Below, one piece after another: positions 52,282-56,450 of a stretch of 56,450 nucleotides of DNA. Within the stretch, counting starts at the first letter, position 1; every line of letters begins with the position of its first letter. Origin of the DNA: a virus (Duplodnaviria; Caudoviricetes). Location: positions 1-56,450 of IMG/VR virus record IMGVR_UViG_3300011115_000308; one strand, given 5' to 3'. The notes below the pieces were generated by a model that worked only from the letters and a program-made list of their open reading frames with translations, was not told the DNA's origin and made no database searches. Made by a program: the position numbers and the translations under genes.

Positions 52282-54066
52282 ATGACATTGCGCCCCTACC
52301 AGCAAGAAGCCCATGACGAGATCATAAAGTGGATTAAGAGAAACACTGCCCCATGCTGCATTGAGGCGGCCACGGGCGCGGGCAAGTCCCACATCATTGC
52401 GGCACTGGCAGATACCATCCACGGCATCTCGAAAGGCAAGCACATCCTGTGCCTCGCCCCCAGCGCCGAACTGGTCAACCAGAATGCTGAAAAGTTCCGC
52501 CTGACGGGCGGCAAGTGTTCCATCTTCTCGGCAAGCGCCGGAGAGAAAAGCCTGCGCCACCCCGTGGTGTTCGGGACGCCTGGCACCGTGATCAATTCCA
52601 TCAAGCGGTTCGGCAAAGAGTTCGCGGCGGTGGTGATTGACGAATGCCACGGCCTGACCGCCACGGTCAAAGAGATCGTGGAAGAGATCAGGAAAGTGAA
52701 CCCCATGCTGCGCGTCATGGGGATGTCGGCCACGCCGTACCGCATGAACACGGGCTACATCTTCAAGCACTGGGCTGACGGCAAGCCTGTCCGCGAAGAC
52801 CAGACCAAAGACCCCTATTTCGACACCTGCGTCTACCGCATTCAAGCCTACGAACTGATCGAACAGGGTTTCCTGACCAAGCCCACCATCGGCAAGGCTG
52901 GGGCTGTCGGATACCACACCCTCAACATGGAACTGAACAGCCGTGGCCAGTTTGACGCTGCCGACATCGACCGCGCGTTCCACGGGCAGGGCCGCAAGAC
53001 CGCCGCCATCATGGCCGACATCGTTGATCAGGCCGCCTACCTGCGTGGCGTGATGGTGTTTGCGGCCACGGTCAAACACGCCAAAGAGTGCATGGCATCC
53101 CTGCCACCCGAACTGTCGGCGCTGATCACCGCAGACACGCCTAAGCCGGAGCGCCAGAAGATCATCGCGGACTTCAAGGCCAAGAAGATCAAGTATCTGG
53201 TCAACGTGTCCGTTCTGACCACTGGGTTCGATGCGCCCCACGTTGACATGATCGCCATCCTGCGCCCAACCGAAAGCGTGGGCCTGCTTCAGCAGATCAT
53301 CGGTCGCGGCTTGCGCGTGGACGAGGGCAAGGACACCTGCGTGATCCTCGACTATGCCGAGAACCTGCCCCGCCACTGCCCCGAAGGGGATATTTTCAAC
53401 CCCAAGGTCAAGGCCAAAAAAGGTAACCTAGAGGTAGATTTTGTTACCTGCGAATGCGAGTTCTGCGGCGTTGAGAACGAGTTTTTGGGCCGCCCCAACA
53501 AGGAAGGGTATCCCATCGACCACAATGGGTATTTCTTGGACCTCGACAACAACCGCATTGAAACCAAGTGGGGTGCGATGCCCGCGCACTTCGGTCGCCG
53601 TTGCCGCGCATCCGACACAGTGGCTGGTGAGCGTATCCAGTGCGGCTATCGCTGGACATCCAAGCCGTGCCCCCACTGCAAGGCCGACAACGACATCGCG
53701 GCGCGGTATTGTGAGAAATGCAAGGGCGAGATCGTCAACCCCAACGACAAGCTCAAGCTTGCGTTCAAGGCCATGAAGAAAGACCCCACGCAGCGCCAGA
53801 CTGACAACGTGGTCCTGTTCGACGTGAAGAACGCCCTGTCCCGCAGCGGCAACGCGACATTGAAGGTTGACGTGGTTACCGAATACAGGTCATTCTCTTA
53901 CTGGATCATGCGCCACCCCAAGCACCCCGCGTCCGTTCGGGAAACAAACCAGTTTGGCGCGCTTGATGGTGTAAAGCCCAAGACGATTACTTATAAATTA
54001 AACCCCCAGACGAGCTTCTACACTGTTCTGGGCTACAATGGACCCGCCGATGCACCTCCCGAATGA
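52282..54066 (+). CDS. Superfamily 2 helicase (RadD/YejH-like) with zinc fingers
   Basis: LRPYQ, ATGAGKS, DECH, SATP, LTTGFDAP, QIIGRGLR and CxxC pairs. Confidence 0.92.
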   Translation: MTLRPYQQEAHDEIIKWIKRNTAPCCIEAATGAGKSHIIAALADTIHGISKGKHILCLAPSAELVNQNAEKFRLTGGKCSIFSASAGEKSLRHPVVFGTPGTVINSIKRFGKEFAAVVIDECHGLTATVKEIVEEIRKVNPMLRVMGMSATPYRMNTGYIFKHWADGKPVREDQTKDPYFDTCVYRIQAYELIEQGFLTKPTIGKAGAVGYHTLNMELNSRGQFDAADIDRAFHGQGRKTAAIMADIVDQAAYLRGVMVFAATVKHAKECMASLPPELSALITADTPKPERQKIIADFKAKKIKYLVNVSVLTTGFDAPHVDMIAILRPTESVGLLQQIIGRGLRVDEGKDTCVILDYAENLPRHCPEGDIFNPKVKAKKGNLEVDFVTCECEFCGVENEFLGRPNKEGYPIDHNGYFLDLDNNRIETKWGAMPAHFGRRCRASDTVAGERIQCGYRWTSKPCPHCKADNDIAARYCEKCKGEIVNPNDKLKLAFKAMKKDPTQRQTDNVVLFDVKNALSRSGNATLKVDVVTEYRSFSYWIMRHPKHPASVRETNQFGALDGVKPKTITYKLNPQTSFYTVLGYNGPADAPPE

Positions 54067-54451
54067 CATCAGAGTTTACGGAAATCTTGATTACCGTGGG
54101 GCCTGCCCGAAGGAAGCTTTGGAGCAGGTCACTTTTTTTGCGCGTCTCCGGCGGGAGTACCCCGACACGCTTGGGGTGATTGCGTTCCACGTCCGCAACG
54201 AGGGCAAGCGTAACCATCTGGAGGCCGCCACGCACAAGGCCGAGGGCATGACCACCGGAGCGCCCGACATTCTCATCCCTGGCGCGCCTGCCTTCGTCTG
54301 TGAGCTTAAACGCCGCGACCACAGCCAGTCAGAGCTTCGCGCCGTGCAGTTGACCTATCTGAGGGCCGCACAGGCCGCTGGGTGCTTCGTATGCGTGGCA
54401 CTGGGGGTCGATGCCGCGTGGGAGGCCCTCCATGAGTATATGGCGCGGTAA
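54050..54451 (+). CDS. VRR-NUC domain nuclease (Holliday junction resolvase-like)
   Basis: E..EQ, FHVRNEG, G.PD, ELK and Q motifs. Confidence 0.8.
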   Translation: MHLPNDIRVYGNLDYRGACPKEALEQVTFFARLRREYPDTLGVIAFHVRNEGKRNHLEAATHKAEGMTTGAPDILIPGAPAFVCELKRRDHSQSELRAVQLTYLRAAQAAGCFVCVALGVDAAWEALHEYMAR

Positions 54452-54671
54452 GAGGCCCTCAGACCGCATACACGCCGTCCTGATGGGCGAAGTCGAACTG
54501 GCAAGCGAAGACGCTGGCATCCAGTCCGTGTGCAGCAAATACATTTTTGATGGCGCAACGGCGGTTCTCAAGCTAAAGACAAAGGAAGCGCGCCGTGCGG
54601 CTTTGGATCGGGCACCCGCATTGATCCGGCCCCACTTGGAGCGTGAGGTCATAAGGCTATATAATAGATGA
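54432..54671 (+). CDS. Hypothetical protein
   Basis: ATG 54432 after GGAGG. Confidence 0.6.
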   Translation: MSIWRGKRPSDRIHAVLMGEVELASEDAGIQSVCSKYIFDGATAVLKLKTKEARRAALDRAPALIRPHLEREVIRLYNR

Positions 54672-54910
54672 GATTTCTGGTTACGTTGAACATGCCATCC
54701 CGCAAGGGGGAACTGGTCCACCAAGTGATCTGCGAGTATCCTGTTGGCAACATTGAGGCGTTACATGACGCCCTCAACGACAACGAATTTCTTCTGGTGG
54801 AAGAGTTTTATAGGAAGCCCGACAATGCGGGCTTCTATAGCGTGGGGATGATGATTTTGAACACCATGCACATCGGCAAGGTCAAGGCCGAGGTCAGCCG
54901 AGAGGGGTAG
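54668..54910 (+). CDS. Hypothetical protein
   Basis: Last plus-strand gene, converging on 54912. Confidence 0.6.
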   Translation: MRFLVTLNMPSRKGELVHQVICEYPVGNIEALHDALNDNEFLLVEEFYRKPDNAGFYSVGMMILNTMHIGKVKAEVSREG

Positions 54911-54911
54911 A

Positions 54912-55226
54912 TCACTCCCCCCGCTGATTGCACCACTGGTTGACCATGTCGGTGATTTCCGCATCGGACATGTTCACCATTTGGTTGTGATCGCCAGATG
55001 GTTTCTGCATGGGATATTTTGCATCAATGCCCAAAGTCCGGTCGATCAGTTGTTGGCGCGTCAGCCGAACAACGGTATCGGGGATATAAAACTCCCGAAC
55101 ATCATCGTTTTTTGTGGTCCCGACCATCGAAAAATCATCGGGGTTCTGGAAATATCCACTGTCCAGCACCCAAGACGGTGCGCGCGTCTGGTCCATTTCT
55201 CGGACCATTTTATATTCTACGATCAT
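54912..55226 (-). CDS. Hypothetical protein, end of the late operon
   Basis: ATGA-coupled to 55223-56023, GGAGG SD. Confidence 0.65.
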   Translation of the reverse strand: MIVEYKMVREMDQTRAPSWVLDSGYFQNPDDFSMVGTTKNDDVREFYIPDTVVRLTRQQLIDRTLGIDAKYPMQKPSGDHNQMVNMSDAEITDMVNQWCNQRGE

Positions 55227-56023
55227 TCTGCTGCCTCCATCTTGAGCATATAGTTGGTGTTTACAAAGTCGAGTTTGCCGAACATACGCTCTGACGCCTC
55301 ATCCGCACAGGGGGCATATTTGGTGGCCATTGTGTCAAAGAAGACCTCCATGTCCGCACCGCTGGGGCGTTCGCCTGCCACGATCCGTTCGTTCACAAAG
55401 TTGATGTAACCGGAAACCTCGCCAAGCGCCACCTGCACATGAACCCCGTACTGTTGGAGGTACTCAATTGTGACTTCCTTAGCCCGACCATATTCAATCA
55501 GGTTGCGGTAGAGAAACTCAAAACCACGGCGGATGTGGTGGCGTTTTTCTTCCGCCTCGTAGGTCGTTTCATCCCAATCGCCGATGCCGTGCTTGGCCTT
55601 GATGTTGTCATAGGCATCAATCAGCGCCGCAATGTCCTTAAACGACCCGTTGACCTTGCTTTCGATCATGCTCTGGTTGACGTATTTCAACCGTAATTCT
55701 GCCTCAACAACGGGCGTTTTTTCTTTGGTTTCCAAAGCTTCGATGTCAGCAAGCAATTTGGCGTGGGTCAGTTGTGCTTCGGCCAGCGCCATCTTGCGTT
55801 GCTCCACTTCGGCCAGAACCTGACGCAGCATCCGCATGGGAGACTGGCCATTCATCATGGTCAAAGTCATCATATTGAGCGTGGTCTGGCTGTTGCTGCG
55901 GTCAAAGGCCCGCGTCTTTTCCGTAAGTTCTGGCAGTTTTTCTGTGACCCGCGCAACGGCTGCCGGATTGGCAACAGAGGCAAGGTTAAACTCAATAGAT
56001 GTGGTCGTGACGACATTTTTCAT
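55223..56023 (-). CDS. Helical coiled-coil protein coupled to the propeller gene array
   Basis: ATGA overlap with the repeat gene. SPMRMLRQVLAEVEQRKMAL and WDE..YE.EE..HH segments. Confidence 0.65.
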   Translation of the reverse strand: MKNVVTTTSIEFNLASVANPAAVARVTEKLPELTEKTRAFDRSNSQTTLNMMTLTMMNGQSPMRMLRQVLAEVEQRKMALAEAQLTHAKLLADIEALETKEKTPVVEAELRLKYVNQSMIESKVNGSFKDIAALIDAYDNIKAKHGIGDWDETTYEAEEKRHHIRRGFEFLYRNLIEYGRAKEVTIEYLQQYGVHVQVALGEVSGYINFVNERIVAGERPSGADMEVFFDTMATKYAPCADEASERMFGKLDFVNTNYMLKMEAAE

Positions 56024-56450
56024 GTTGGTACATATCCTGATACGCCCGCCAAGCCATAACGGGCCGCTGTTAAGTTTCCGAAACTGGTGGCATTTCCAGT
56101 AGTCAAAATAGTGATATAGTCCATAATGGCGGAGACGGAACCTGTTGTTCCCCCCCCAAATACACCTCTCGTGTTGTTAGAAGCCCCCGCCAAGGCACTT
56201 CTGCCAACAGTTAAATTCCCAAAAGTGGCGGCATTTCCATTTGTGGCAATTGTGATATAATCCATAACAACGGAAACAGAACCAGTAGTCCCCCCCCCAA
56301 ACACGCCTCGTGTGCTATTAGAAACCCCTGCCAAGCCTGAGCGTGCAACCGTCAAGGTTCCAAACGTGGTGGCGTTTCCGTTACTATAAGAGCTTCCACC
56401 ATCAGAAACGACAATGTAATCTATCTTGGTTGAAAGGGTTCCGGTTGTAC
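56020..56450 (-). CDS. C-terminal part of a Kelch-like repeat protein (5'-partial)
   Basis: Frame open to the window edge: TTGTLSTKIDYIVVSDGGSSYSNGNATTFGTLTVARSGLAGVSNSTRGVFGGG... Confidence 0.85.
   Translation of the reverse strand, partial: TTGTLSTKIDYIVVSDGGSSYSNGNATTFGTLTVARSGLAGVSNSTRGVFGGGTTGSVSVVMDYITIATNGNAATFGNLTVGRSALAGASNNTRGVFGGGTTGSVSAIMDYITILTTGNATSFGNLTAARYGLAGVSGYVPT

Larger units (their letters stand above)
1..56450. mobile_element. Near-complete tailed bacteriophage genome (Caudoviricetes, podovirus-like gene set)
   Basis: Terminase, portal, capsid, tail, lysis and replication modules fill the window. No host housekeeping genes. Both ends lie in the same repeat-gene family. 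Confidence 0.95.

Noticed and set aside
52153-53376. 407-aa minus-strand ORF
   Set aside because: Antisense shadow of the helicase.
1-56450. tRNA genes, alternative genetic code, introns or inteins
   Set aside because: No cloverleaf noticed by eye (tRNAscan not run). Genes tile densely in the standard code. TerL, helicase and primase have ordinary lengths without visible splicing motifs.

Overview
The window reads as an almost complete dsDNA tailed-phage genome with a podovirus-like gene set. It has a P22-like portal, adaptor and tail hub, large ejection proteins, a Mu gpT-like major capsid protein, and no tape measure, tail tube or sheath. The host is probably an alphaproteobacterium (Rhodobacterales is an inference). 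Both ends fall inside the same family of repeat-containing putative receptor-binding genes, so the contig appears to have broken in that array. The minus strand carries the packaging, virion and lysis arm (terS, phosphatase, terL, portal, cargo proteins, GroES, scaffold, capsid, tail, amidase, ejection proteins, propeller array) and many small early genes. The plus strand carries a recombination/replication arm (Sak4-like ATPase, SSB, YqaJ exonuclease, SF2 helicase, VRR-NUC) divergent from an HTH gene and a Prim-Pol gene. I saw no integrase, reverse transcriptase, family A/B DNA polymerase, tRNA or CRISPR array. The strongest unexplained signals are: (1) a di-glycine motif that marks domain boundaries in six head-cargo/ejection proteins carrying HhH-GPD-like, ParB-like, ART-like and muramidase domains, plus a shared terminal helix tag, suggesting a polyprotein effector-packaging system; (2) a CCAACCAC-GGAG leader on about ten early genes together with a separately promoted structured small RNA containing its complement; (3) an ejection protein with two length-matched 20-heptad glycine arms. 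All family names come from motif recognition by eye, not database searches.
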